Origin: an uncultured Desulfosarcina sp.
GTDB taxonomy: Bacteria > Desulfobacterota > Desulfobacteria > Desulfobacterales > Desulfosarcinaceae
Direction: 5' to 3'
Assembly (NCBI GenBank): GCA_963674945.2
Contig: CAXXWQ010000003.1
Location: 128,001 to 192,000 of the forward strand
DNA length: 64,000 nucleotides
Shown: one piece after another, positions 37,344-47,399 of the stretch
Numbering within the stretch: the first letter of the stretch is position 1
Layout: every line of letters starts with the position of its first letter
Notes under the pieces: model-generated
The model's database searches: none
Told to the model about the DNA's origin: nothing
What the model saw: only the letters and a program-made list of their open reading frames with translations
Made by a program: the position numbers and the translations under genes

Positions 37344-38237
37344 ATGACAGATCCGGCGTCTCATTCTCATCGGCAAACCGATTCGAAAAGATATGGATGG
37401 CTTGGATACATCGCCGTTTTCGCTTCGGCATTTTGTTTTTATTTCTCGACCGTCGTGATCCGATGGGCACAGACGTCCGTTTCCATTCACGCTTCCTACT
37501 TCACCTTCACCCGTTTTCTCCTCGGATTTTTCTTTGTTTGCGCCATCATGGTCCTTCGTCGGCAAGGTCTAAGGCCTTATCGGTACGATTTGCTCATTGG
37601 CCGGGCACTGTTTAATTGCATCGCCGTCTTTTGTTTCTATCAGGCCGTCCACTACACCTCCGTGGCCGAGGCCAATATTTTAAACATGACCTATCCGATC
37701 TTTCTGGCGATCCTCTCATGGTTTTTTCTTCGTCGGCAACGGGATCCGGTTGCCATGGCAATGGTAGTCGTGGCCGTTTTCGGCATATGGCTGATTCTGG
37801 AGCCGGGCCGGCTGGGACTTCGCCTCACATCCCTTTGGGGACTCACATCCGGTATAAGCGGCGCCGTAGCCTTGATGTACCTGAACCAGAGCCGGCAATA
37901 CCATGACGCAAATACGGTGCTGTTCTTCATGTTCGGTATCGGGGCCGTGCTGCTTTTTTCCTTTTCCCGTGAACATATTTTCTGGCCCAATATCATGGAG
38001 CTTTCCTACCTCTTGCTCTGCGGGGGGGCTGGCATTGCCGGGCAGTTCCTGCTCACCTTCGGGTTTCGCTATGTTACTGCCGTTGAGGGCGGCGTCATCT
38101 CCTCATCGCGGATATTGCTGGCGGCGATACTCGGCCCCTTTTTGGCATCGGATCCTGCATTGAGGACAGCCGGGTGGATCGGCGCGCTGATGATCTTCGT
38201 GGCGAACGTCGTTTTGGCAATGCGAAAGGGTCGTTGA
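37344..38237 (+). CDS. DMT/EamA-family transporter
   Basis: About 10 TM with repeated EamA pattern; start uncertain. Confidence 0.82.
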   Translation: MTDPASHSHRQTDSKRYGWLGYIAVFASAFCFYFSTVVIRWAQTSVSIHASYFTFTRFLLGFFFVCAIMVLRRQGLRPYRYDLLIGRALFNCIAVFCFYQAVHYTSVAEANILNMTYPIFLAILSWFFLRRQRDPVAMAMVVVAVFGIWLILEPGRLGLRLTSLWGLTSGISGAVALMYLNQSRQYHDANTVLFFMFGIGAVLLFSFSREHIFWPNIMELSYLLLCGGAGIAGQFLLTFGFRYVTAVEGGVISSSRILLAAILGPFLASDPALRTAGWIGALMIFVANVVLAMRKGR

Positions 38238-38331
38238 GATAGCTTTAAAAAAAGCAACCCCCTGTTCTTGTGGCTTGTCCGGAAGACCAAGCAGAACGAC
38301 AAAAATCTGAAACCATTTTTCAACAATAAAA

Positions 38332-38359
38332 TAAACATCCGCGATGAAGATGCCGATAC
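38332..38359 (+). promoter_or_regulatory. Sigma28-like promoter for the protease gene
   Basis: TAAA-N16-GCCGATAC, 40 bp upstream of ATG 38400. Confidence 0.45.
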
Positions 38360-38399
38360 TTTCGATTGAGGATGAATTTTTAGAAAAAAGGTTGCAGTT

Positions 38400-39473
38400 A
38401 TGCGTTTTTTATCTATCTGTCTTACCATGTCCATATTATTGCTCATGACGACCGGGAGCGTCGCCAAGATCTACAAATACCAAAAAGACGGCACCTGGTA
38501 TTTTACCGACTCCCCTCCCGACGACATGCCGACGGATCGCCAGGAGATTCCCGAGAGCAGTAAGGCAACAACACCGTCAGATAAGGAAAAGTCCCAGATC
38601 TTAAAGGATTATCCGGCACGCAATGCCATCGAAAGGGCTGCCCTTTCCACAGTGGCGATCCAAACCGCCCTGGGCTACGGCAGCGGTTTTTTCGTTTCCA
38701 ATGCCGGCCATATCATTACGAACAAGCATGTGATCCGGATACCGGAGCGGCAATCGGAACAGATCGACGATTATTTCGGACGAATGGATCATCGCGCAAA
38801 GGAAATACAAAAACGGTTCTCCGACGAAAAAAGGCGCATGGACGACTATAAACGCCGTCTGGACGAACTGAAAAAGATGGCCGAAAACGAAACGGATTCG
38901 TCACGGAAAGCGTCCTATGCGAAGGAATATCGATTTCGTGAACAAGAGTACGATCGTTGGCGCATGGATTTTAAAAAACGGGAACGGGAATTTCTGTCCC
39001 AATTCGATCAGTACGAGACGAATCGTCAGGATTTTCATTACGAACGCAGTGTCGCATCCCTTTCCCAAAGCTTTACGATCACGCTGGTAGACGACTCGGA
39101 GCACTATGCGTATCTGGTGGCCATTAGCGAAACCCATGATCTGGCACTCCTAAAGATTGACGCCCCGAAAACACCAATGCTGTATCCGGCCGACCTTTCT
39201 GCCCTCGCCCAGGGTGATCCCGTCTATGCCATCGGAAACCCCGCCCAATTGAGAAATACGGTCACCTCTGGTGTTTTTTCGGGATACGAAAAAAGTTATA
39301 TCCAGACCAATGCGCAGATCAGCCCAGGCAATAGTGGCGGCCCGTTAATCGATTCCGATGGCAGGGTAATCGGAGTAAACACGAAGAAGAAAATCGGCGG
39401 CGCCTTCGAAGGCCTTGGATTTGCCATTCCCATTGAGACGGCATTGGAAGAGTTTCGTTCTCACCTGCCGTAA
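38400..39473 (+). CDS. Exported trypsin-like (HtrA-type, no PDZ) serine protease with DUF4124-like N-terminus and coiled-coil insert
   Basis: Signal peptide; IYKY..DG.WYFTDSPP; triad TNKHV, DLALLK, GNSGGPL. Confidence 0.85.
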   Translation: MRFLSICLTMSILLLMTTGSVAKIYKYQKDGTWYFTDSPPDDMPTDRQEIPESSKATTPSDKEKSQILKDYPARNAIERAALSTVAIQTALGYGSGFFVSNAGHIITNKHVIRIPERQSEQIDDYFGRMDHRAKEIQKRFSDEKRRMDDYKRRLDELKKMAENETDSSRKASYAKEYRFREQEYDRWRMDFKKREREFLSQFDQYETNRQDFHYERSVASLSQSFTITLVDDSEHYAYLVAISETHDLALLKIDAPKTPMLYPADLSALAQGDPVYAIGNPAQLRNTVTSGVFSGYEKSYIQTNAQISPGNSGGPLIDSDGRVIGVNTKKKIGGAFEGLGFAIPIETALEEFRSHLP

Positions 39474-39510
39474 TTCCAATGGCCAATTTGGCCGATATCT
39501 CCGCAGGGCA

Positions 39511-40209
39511 TCACATCGCAGGGCAACACGGTGTCAGTTCGATCAGGCACCGCTCGGCGTTGATGACAGGAAGGTGATATGTTTCCACACGTTGGGCAAA
39601 CGAAATCTTACCATATGCAATAATGGTCGCGGAGGGTAACGGCGCTTCATTTTCGGCATACGACCCTTTCATGGCCAAAAGGCGGCCGCCTTGGGCAAGA
39701 AACGGCATTCCCAAAAGGGCAAACTTTTCCACGGAAGAGAACGCCCGGCATACCACGAGATCGAATCCGCTCTGGTATGGAGGCGACTTTGCCAATTCCT
39801 CCAGCCGACCATGTACGGCTTCGATGTTGTCGAGCCCAAGGGTGCGTATGGCGTGTTTGAGAAACGTAACTTTCTTGCGGACGCTGTCCACCAGGGTCAA
39901 TGAAAGGTCGGGCCTCATGATTTTGAGGGGAAGGCCGGGAAATCCACCACCTGAACCTGCATCCAGAACCCGTTTCGCCTCACCGATGCGTGAAACCACG
40001 GCAAGTGTATCAACATAATGTTTTACCGCGACATCCATTGGATCAACGATCGCCGTCAGATTGGTGGTACGGTTCCAGAAAAGCAGTTCGGCCGCATGCC
40101 GACCCATGGCCCGCGCCTGTTTGTTGGTGACCGGCACCCCCAGGTCACGGGCGCCGTTGACCAATATTCGCCGCCACGATTCAGATTCGATTTTCACGCC
40201 ATTTCTCAC
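39511..40209 (-). CDS. rsmG: 16S rRNA (guanine-N7)-methyltransferase
   Basis: WNRTTNLTAI, KHYVD, DAGSGGGFPG, CRAF. Confidence 0.93.
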   Translation of the reverse strand: MRNGVKIESESWRRILVNGARDLGVPVTNKQARAMGRHAAELLFWNRTTNLTAIVDPMDVAVKHYVDTLAVVSRIGEAKRVLDAGSGGGFPGLPLKIMRPDLSLTLVDSVRKKVTFLKHAIRTLGLDNIEAVHGRLEELAKSPPYQSGFDLVVCRAFSSVEKFALLGMPFLAQGGRLLAMKGSYAENEAPLPSATIIAYGKISFAQRVETYHLPVINAERCLIELTPCCPAM

Positions 40210-40442
40210 TCACGATGATCCTTTCCCGTTGGAAGGGTCGCCCAGAATGATTCATGCCGGTTTGAAACCAACGAATCGATACGGTTGATCTCGACCAAAC
40301 CGGCCCTTGGGAGCATTTGGCCAAACTCTTTGTTGGTAAATAATCCCCGCGACCTTGTCAACAAGCATCGTCCACTTAAATCTAAATCCCCGTTTTTAAA
40401 CCGCTTGCAAACGATAGTGCTTTTTTGCTAATAGCAAAACCA

Positions 40443-42884
40443 ATGAATCGTTATCGCATCCTATTTGAACAATCCCCCAACGCCGTCTTGTACATTACAC
40501 CCGAAGGCGGCATCACCGACTTCAACCCGGCGGCGTTGGAATTTTTCGCTATTTCACAGCCCGAACTCGAAGCTGCAAGCATCGAGAACCTTTTCGCCAA
40601 CCGCTCCGATTTTTCCCAACTGATCGAACGGGCAGAGGTCACCGGAATTGTCCGCAACGACCCAATTCTCTTTATTGACCGTTTAGACCGGATCAAACAT
40701 GGTCAGGTATCCATAATAGGATTGGATCGTCCCGATGAAGGTGGTGGAGGATACCTCGTTCTCATTCAGGATATCACCGAGCACCGGCAGGCGGAAAAAG
40801 AATTGTATTGTCAAAAAAACTATGCCGAACAACTTATCGAATTAGCACCGGAAGCCATCGTCATTATCGACCTTAACGGCCGGCTGCTCCGGACAAACCA
40901 GGAGTTCCTCCGTCTTTTCCAACTTACCTTGGAGACCTGCACGGGAAACTCCATCCAAGAACTGATCGTACCGGAAGACTACCTTGCGGAGAGCATATCG
41001 CTCATGGCACAGGTGTTCGGCGGAGGCAACGTCGAGGTGGAAACAATCCGCAAAAAAAGAGACGGTACACTGGTGGACGTTTCCATCTTGGCGGCGCCGA
41101 TCTCAACAGCAGAGGACGAACCGGCTATTTTCGTCATCTTCCGCGATATCACCAAGCGCAAACAGGCCGAAAAGGCGTTGATCCAAAGTGAAACACGGCA
41201 TCGAACCGTGTTGGAGGCGGCACCGGATCCGGTAATCGTCCGGGACATGGACATGCGGGTCATCTATCTGAACCCGGCTTTTACCCGCGTATTCGGTTGG
41301 CACCTGTCCGAAATCATGAACCAAAGGATCGACTTCATACCCGAAGAAAGCGTCCCCGAAACCCAAGAGTTCATGGAGCAGATTCGAAAGGGCTTCGCCT
41401 TTTCGGGAGTAGAGACCAAACGCCTTTCAAAAACAGGGCGCACGGTAGATGTCTCCATCAGCGGTGCCGTTTTCCTTGATACCGAAGGCAAGCCGGAAGG
41501 CTTTATCAACACCCTCCAGGATATCAGCGAACGACGCAAGAAGGACGAAGAGCTCCGTTACGTGGCTTACCATGACACTCTCACAGGCTTGCCCAACCGG
41601 AAATCCTTCTACATGCGGATGGACGATCTCCTCCACCATTCCAGTCGCCGCGATTCGGATCGTGCCTGGGCACTGATGCTGATAGACCTGGATAAATTCA
41701 AACAGGTCAACGATACACTGGGACACGATACCGGTGACCAACTGCTAAAAGGTGTGGCCGACCGCCTCAAGTCGTGTATTCGGGAATCGGACCACCTGTT
41801 TCGCCTCGGTGGAGATGAATTCACCATTATTCTCACTCAGCTGAACAGAGATATCGACGTTACCCGCGTGGCCCGAAAAGTATTGGATGCGATTGGCCGG
41901 CCCTTTCGGTGCAATGGCAACGAAATCTTCACCTCCACCAGTATCGGCATCTCCATATTTCCCAATGACGGATGGGACGCAGCGGGTCTATTGAAAAATG
42001 CGGACATGGCCATGTATTCCGCAAAAGAGAGTGGTGGAAGGGGCTTCCAATTCTTTACCAAAGAGATGAACCAAAAGGCCTTGCACCGCATGAAGATGGA
42101 AAGCAGTTTGCGAAAGGCGTTGGAACGTGATGAACTTCTTCTCTATTATCAACCCTTGGTGAACGGTTCCCATCGTATCGTGGGAATGGAAGCCCTGCTT
42201 CGATGGCGTCACCCGGAGTATGGGTTGGTTCTTCCTGCCGATTTCATTCGTATCACCGAAGAGACCGGCATCATCGTCTCCATGGGCCAATGGGTACTGG
42301 AAACGGCGGCCACGCAGGTCAAACAACTGCATGAAATGGGATTTTCGGATCTCGTCGTCTCGGTCAACGTGGCCGCGAGACAACTTCAGGAACCGGATTT
42401 TGAACAACTTGTTATGCAAACCCTCGAAAAAATGGAGGTTACCCCGAAGTGTATGCGTCTTGAAGTTACCGAAAGCAGCGTGATTCAGAACCTGGATGTG
42501 GTCATCCCCAAGATGAAAAACTTGAGGAAAAAGGGGATCACCTTTTCCATCGACGATTTCGGTACCGGATACTCCTCACTGAGCTATCTGAAACGATTTC
42601 CCATCGATGTTTTGAAGATCGACCGTTCATTTATTGTGGATGCGATGAAGAGCACGGGGGATCAAGAGATTATCAAAACCATCATCTCCATGGCGCGCAA
42701 CCTTAACCTCGATACCGTTGCCGAAGGCGTCGAAACCCTGGAACAAAAATCGTTTTTGATCCGTAACGGCTGCGGCAGCATGCAGGGTTTTCTCTTTTCC
42801 CCCCCTGTTTCCATGGATCAGTTCAAGGCGCTTCTCTCGCGTGACAACCCATATGCTTCTCTTGAGAATGACATCTTCCAGTAA
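40443..42884 (+). CDS. PAS(x3)-GGDEF-EAL c-di-GMP turnover protein
   Basis: Three PAS repeats, HDTLTGLPNR, GGDEF, EALLR, DDFGTGYSSL, EGVE. Confidence 0.95.
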   Translation: MNRYRILFEQSPNAVLYITPEGGITDFNPAALEFFAISQPELEAASIENLFANRSDFSQLIERAEVTGIVRNDPILFIDRLDRIKHGQVSIIGLDRPDEGGGGYLVLIQDITEHRQAEKELYCQKNYAEQLIELAPEAIVIIDLNGRLLRTNQEFLRLFQLTLETCTGNSIQELIVPEDYLAESISLMAQVFGGGNVEVETIRKKRDGTLVDVSILAAPISTAEDEPAIFVIFRDITKRKQAEKALIQSETRHRTVLEAAPDPVIVRDMDMRVIYLNPAFTRVFGWHLSEIMNQRIDFIPEESVPETQEFMEQIRKGFAFSGVETKRLSKTGRTVDVSISGAVFLDTEGKPEGFINTLQDISERRKKDEELRYVAYHDTLTGLPNRKSFYMRMDDLLHHSSRRDSDRAWALMLIDLDKFKQVNDTLGHDTGDQLLKGVADRLKSCIRESDHLFRLGGDEFTIILTQLNRDIDVTRVARKVLDAIGRPFRCNGNEIFTSTSIGISIFPNDGWDAAGLLKNADMAMYSAKESGGRGFQFFTKEMNQKALHRMKMESSLRKALERDELLLYYQPLVNGSHRIVGMEALLRWRHPEYGLVLPADFIRITEETGIIVSMGQWVLETAATQVKQLHEMGFSDLVVSVNVAARQLQEPDFEQLVMQTLEKMEVTPKCMRLEVTESSVIQNLDVVIPKMKNLRKKGITFSIDDFGTGYSSLSYLKRFPIDVLKIDRSFIVDAMKSTGDQEIIKTIISMARNLNLDTVAEGVETLEQKSFLIRNGCGSMQGFLFSPPVSMDQFKALLSRDNPYASLENDIFQ

Positions 42885-42925
42885 CGTCCTTTTGCCCTAT
42901 CGCTGTTACCATCATAGGAGCCATC

Positions 42926-43696
42926 ATGCGTTTTCGCCCATGTATCGATCTACACGACGGCGTGGTCAAACAGATCGTCGGGTCGACATTGACAGACAAA
43001 GGCACAAGCTCTCCGGAGACCAACTTTTGCACAGAGAAACCGGCAAGCTGGTTTGCCGACCGATACCGTCAGGACAACCTTACCGGCGGACATGTGATCC
43101 AATTGGGCAAGGGTAACGAATCTGCGGCCCGTTCCGCCCTGTCCCGATGGCCGGGCGGCATGCAGATCGGAGGTGGAATCAACCTCGAGAACGCCGAATC
43201 CTGGCTGGCCGCAGGCGCAAGCCACGTAATCGTCACCTCATGGGTGTTTCATGACGGTCGCATCCACATGGCCCGCTTAGAGAACCTGGTCAGGCGAATC
43301 GGAAAATCGCGACTGGTATTGGATTTGAGCTGCCGAAAACGCGGGGACGATTATATGGTGGCCACCGATCGCTGGCAGACCTTCACCGAGGAAGCCGTCA
43401 ATTCCCATCTGATGGACCGCCTCTCCGACTATTGCGACGAATTTCTCATTCATGCCGTGGATGTGGAGGGGCGTTGCGGCGGTATCGAGACCGACCTGGT
43501 GGCCCTCCTGGGCAATTGGGACGGCGTTCCCATCACTTACGCGGGTGGGATATCCAGTCAGGCCGATATCGATACCATCGAAACGTTGGGTAACGGAAAG
43601 ATCGATTTCACCGTTGGCAGTGCCCTGAACATTTTCGGCGGCACCGGGTTTCGGTATGCGGACTTGGCACGGCGGTATGGACCGCGTAAACAGTAA
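42926..43696 (+). CDS. hisA: ProFAR isomerase, His6/eukaryote-like type
   Basis: FRPCIDLHDGVVKQIVG, GGHVI, DLSCRK, HAVDVEG, TYAGG, TVGSAL. Confidence 0.9.
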   Translation: MRFRPCIDLHDGVVKQIVGSTLTDKGTSSPETNFCTEKPASWFADRYRQDNLTGGHVIQLGKGNESAARSALSRWPGGMQIGGGINLENAESWLAAGASHVIVTSWVFHDGRIHMARLENLVRRIGKSRLVLDLSCRKRGDDYMVATDRWQTFTEEAVNSHLMDRLSDYCDEFLIHAVDVEGRCGGIETDLVALLGNWDGVPITYAGGISSQADIDTIETLGNGKIDFTVGSALNIFGGTGFRYADLARRYGPRKQ

Positions 43697-43759
43697 TGAG
43701 TGATGCGTTATGCGTGATCGGTAACCGAGAACTGAGATCCGTGAACTGTGAACTAAGCT
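43697..43759 (+). repeat. Degenerate 7-bp tandem repeat tract between convergent stops
   Basis: tgagtga tgcgtta tgcgtga tcggtaa ccgagaa ctgagat ccgtgaa ctgtgaa ctaagct. Confidence 0.55.
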
Positions 43760-43760
43760 G

Positions 43761-44927
43761 TCATGGCCGGTATTTTTCGGGCAGTACCGCCTTTTCCCCC
43801 CACCCTTTCGGGATTTTCTGATTCCGGGTTTCACCCAATTTTGCCTTGCGTTTGGAAAGTCCCGGCCGGGCGAATTTCATATGGCCCTCTCTGAGCGTCC
43901 GGCCGTTGATGATCGCCTCGCTACGCAGTCGCTGACCGGCGGTTCGCTCCAACTGCCGGCCCAATCGCAGTACGCGGTCCACGTCATAACCGTGTTCGAT
44001 TCCCATCTCGTCGATCTGTACCAGCATGTCTTCGAAGCAGGTCAATCCCACGTACCGCGGATCCTCGTAGTAGTAATCTCCGGTTCCCGGGACCGGACAA
44101 TCATCCAGGAAGTTTGCGGGCTGGCCGCCGAGCCCTCCCAAGGTCCCCTCGAAGTGACAGATCCCCGCCTGAAGTGCCGCCAGAACCGATGCCGATGCCA
44201 CCCGTTTCGTCTCATGGAAATGGGCAATATGTACCGACGTATCGGGAATCGCATCCAAAATCATGGAGAAATAGCGATATACTTCGGGCGCCGATGCACT
44301 CCCGTCGTGGTCGGCATGTTCGATGTCCGATGCACCGATTTCCAGCCACCGTTTGGTAAACTCCACCGCATCGGCAAGGTCGGTGGCACCGGCAATGGGA
44401 CTGCCCCAGATGGTGCTCACGGTGCCGCACATCGCAAGACCTGCGTCCCGGCATTTTTGGATGGCACGTTCACACTCTTTCCAATAATCGGGCAAGGTAG
44501 TACCGGAATTGGCGAAGTGGTGCTCCTCTTCTGTGGAAACCATCATTAAACAACGGTCCGGTCCCACGCCCCGTCTGGCCAGTTCAATGGCACGATCCAC
44601 CGAAGGTTCCCGTATGGTCACGGCTGTGATGGTGAGGTCGTCGGTTTCGACACCCTTCTTCTCGCACCTGGCCTTGAAGCGATCGCTTCGAAGGTACGCC
44701 AGGACCTCTTCTGCGTCTGAAAATTGAGGCATAAGATAGGGGTTGCCGAGGTTTGTGACTTCGATATTCCTGCATCCGGCGAAAATCATCTCCTCGGCAT
44801 AGTAAATCTTGGCACGTGTGGAGATAAACTTCTCCAGATGCTGAAATCCGTCGCGAACAGTGATGTCCCCGAGGGTCACCTTTCGAGGCATTCGAGGAAA
44901 TATTTTCCAGTAATCGTATTCCGTCAT
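43761..44927 (-). CDS. HMG-CoA lyase-like DRE-TIM metallolyase
   Basis: DITVRDGFQ, AHFHET, GGLGG; in an operon with a hydratase and thiolase. Confidence 0.8.
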   Translation of the reverse strand: MTEYDYWKIFPRMPRKVTLGDITVRDGFQHLEKFISTRAKIYYAEEMIFAGCRNIEVTNLGNPYLMPQFSDAEEVLAYLRSDRFKARCEKKGVETDDLTITAVTIREPSVDRAIELARRGVGPDRCLMMVSTEEEHHFANSGTTLPDYWKECERAIQKCRDAGLAMCGTVSTIWGSPIAGATDLADAVEFTKRWLEIGASDIEHADHDGSASAPEVYRYFSMILDAIPDTSVHIAHFHETKRVASASVLAALQAGICHFEGTLGGLGGQPANFLDDCPVPGTGDYYYEDPRYVGLTCFEDMLVQIDEMGIEHGYDVDRVLRLGRQLERTAGQRLRSEAIINGRTLREGHMKFARPGLSKRKAKLGETRNQKIPKGWGEKAVLPEKYRP

Positions 44928-44928
44928 T

Positions 44929-45711
44929 TTATTCTCCCCGGTAAATCGGTTTTCTCTTCTCTTTGAAGGCCGCCAAGCCCTCCAGTCTGTCCTTGGTGGG
45001 GATGGTCACCCAATAGGCACTGGATTCGATGGCCAGCCCTGTGTGAAGGTCCGTCTCCATTCCGTAGTTGATGGCATATTTTGCCTGTTCGATAGCAATG
45101 GGACCGGTTTCACAAATTTCGGCGGCCATTTCCATGCACGCATCCATGAGGGATGCAGCTTCACAGACTTTATTGACCAATCCCATGGACAAAGCCTCTT
45201 GGGCAGCAACGCGCCTTCCCGTAAAAATTAGCTCCTTGGCCTTTCCCTTGCCGACGAGTCTCGGAAGACGCTGGGTACCACCGGCACCGGGAATGATGGC
45301 AAGGCGTGTTTCCGTAAGGCCCATGGTCGCATTTTCCGCGGCAATACGAATATCGCTGGCCAAAGCGAGTTCGGTACCGCCCCCCAAAGCAACACCATTG
45401 ACCGCCGAAATCACCGGTTTGTTTAACTGCTCGATGGAAGTAAAAAGATTTCGAATGGTGAAAATAAACTCCTTGACCTTGGGGGGAGGCAAGGTGGTTC
45501 GCTCTTTCAGATCGGCACCGGCGCAAAACGCCTTTACCCCGGCACCGGTGATGATGACCACCCGAACCGCAGCGTCGAAACGTATCGCCTCGATGGCGTC
45601 TTTCAGCGCAAACAACAAAGAAAAATTAAATGCATTCATCACCGAGGGGCGATTGAGGGTGAGAACTGCGGTCTGACCCTTCCTTTCCACTAACAATTCC
45701 TTCTCGTTCAT
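44929..45711 (-). CDS. Enoyl-CoA hydratase (methylglutaconyl-CoA hydratase-like)
   Basis: FCAGADLKER, GGGTELAL, ETRLAIIPGAGGTQRL. Confidence 0.9.
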   Translation of the reverse strand: MNEKELLVERKGQTAVLTLNRPSVMNAFNFSLLFALKDAIEAIRFDAAVRVVIITGAGVKAFCAGADLKERTTLPPPKVKEFIFTIRNLFTSIEQLNKPVISAVNGVALGGGTELALASDIRIAAENATMGLTETRLAIIPGAGGTQRLPRLVGKGKAKELIFTGRRVAAQEALSMGLVNKVCEAASLMDACMEMAAEICETGPIAIEQAKYAINYGMETDLHTGLAIESSAYWVTIPTKDRLEGLAAFKEKRKPIYRGE

Positions 45712-45777
45712 TGCTCCCCCAAATTCTTCGTAGATATCGATTTAGCAATCAGCTAAAGGCGAACCGCCCACCTTGGG

Positions 45778-47067
45778 TTATACGCGTTCGAGAACCAGTG
45801 CCATTCCCTGCCCGCCACCGATGCACAAGGTAGCAAGGCCGAGGCTGTGATGGCCTTTTTTCATCTGCATGGCCAGACCATAGGTGATGCGAGCACCGGT
45901 GCAACCGATGGGATGTCCGATGGAGATGCCGCTTCCGTTCAAGTTGCACATGGCCGGATCGATGTTCAACTCCCGCATGCAGGCGATGGCCTGGCAGGCG
46001 AAAGCCTCGTTGAGTTCGATACAATCCATGTCGGCGGTGGTCAAATTCAGCCTATTCAAGGTCTTACGAGTTGCCGGAATGGGACCCAATCCCATATATG
46101 CCGGGTCCACACCGCCCGATGCGAAACCCTTGATGCGGGCAAGGGGTTCGCATCCCAACGATTTCGCCTTTTCGGCACTCATCAGCAGCACTGCACATGC
46201 GCCGTCGTTAATGCCGGATGCATTGCCGGCCGTTACCGAACCGTTTTTATCGAAGACCGGCCGGAGTTTGGCGAGTTTTTCCATGGAGGTCTCCATGGGC
46301 CGCTCGTCCACTTCGAAGGCCATGGGGTCCTTTTTTCGCTGGGGAATCATCACCGGTACGATTTCATCCGCGATCCTGCCGGATTCGATGGCATCACGCG
46401 CCCGTTGATGGCTGGTCAGGCTCAGTTCGTCCTGCTCTGTCCTTGATATCTGATATCGTTTGGCGATGTTTTCCGCCGTCATGCCCATGTGATACTGGTT
46501 GAAGATTTCATACAGACCATCATGGACCATCAGGTCAATGGTCCTGCCAAAGGGCATGTTCATGCGCGCCCCCCATCTTTCGTCGTCCAGGGCGTAGGGT
46601 ACGTTGCTCATGTTCTCCATGCCGCCGGCCACCACGATCTGCGCGTCGCCTGTCATGATGGACTGGGCAGCGAGGACGATGGCCTTCATTCCGGAGGCAC
46701 ATACCTTATTGATGGTAAAGGCATTGGTCTCTTCCGGCAAGCCCCCATAAATGGAGGCCTGACGAGCCGGATTTTGTCCCTGGCCGGCCTGAAGCACGTT
46801 GCCCATGATGCACTCATCCACATAAACCGGCGTGAGATCGTCTGAATAATCATAATGGGCCTCGTTGATCTTCGTCATCTGAAAATCACCGAAGGTATCC
46901 GGACGGCAACTCTTGATGAATTCGCTGACACGGGGGCGCAGTCCCGCTCTTTTCAGGGATTCCTTGATGACCAGGGCACCCATGTCGACACATTTGACGC
47001 CTTTTAACGACCCACCGAAGCTTCCGACGGCCGTCCTTGCACCGCTTACGATAACGACATCTTTCAT
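45778..47067 (-). CDS. Acetyl-CoA C-acetyltransferase (thiolase)
   Basis: NKVCASG, NEAFA, GHPIGCTG, CIGGGQG. Confidence 0.95.
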   Translation of the reverse strand: MKDVVIVSGARTAVGSFGGSLKGVKCVDMGALVIKESLKRAGLRPRVSEFIKSCRPDTFGDFQMTKINEAHYDYSDDLTPVYVDECIMGNVLQAGQGQNPARQASIYGGLPEETNAFTINKVCASGMKAIVLAAQSIMTGDAQIVVAGGMENMSNVPYALDDERWGARMNMPFGRTIDLMVHDGLYEIFNQYHMGMTAENIAKRYQISRTEQDELSLTSHQRARDAIESGRIADEIVPVMIPQRKKDPMAFEVDERPMETSMEKLAKLRPVFDKNGSVTAGNASGINDGACAVLLMSAEKAKSLGCEPLARIKGFASGGVDPAYMGLGPIPATRKTLNRLNLTTADMDCIELNEAFACQAIACMRELNIDPAMCNLNGSGISIGHPIGCTGARITYGLAMQMKKGHHSLGLATLCIGGGQGMALVLERV

Positions 47068-47399
47068 AGTCAAATCCTATTTTCTTGCCATTGATTGGGT
47101 TAAAAACAATCTGACATCTGGTTTGTTAAGAAACGTCGTGTTCGTACTTTTCTGCGGACCGTTCACACTCGGCGTTTCGGATCCATGGGACGGATCGCTT
47201 CTTATTTGGAACCATACTATAAACGCCCCGATGGCCCCGGTCAATGTAGTAATCATTATGTTTTTCGATTCACCCTATTTTTAAAAAATCTTGAATTGAC
47301 AGAAATACGGATATAGATTGTTTGCCGTATCGGGCTGTTGAAACGAAAGGCCCCCAGCGCGCTGTCGTTCAACCATAGGTAGAAAGCGAGGATAGCTAT

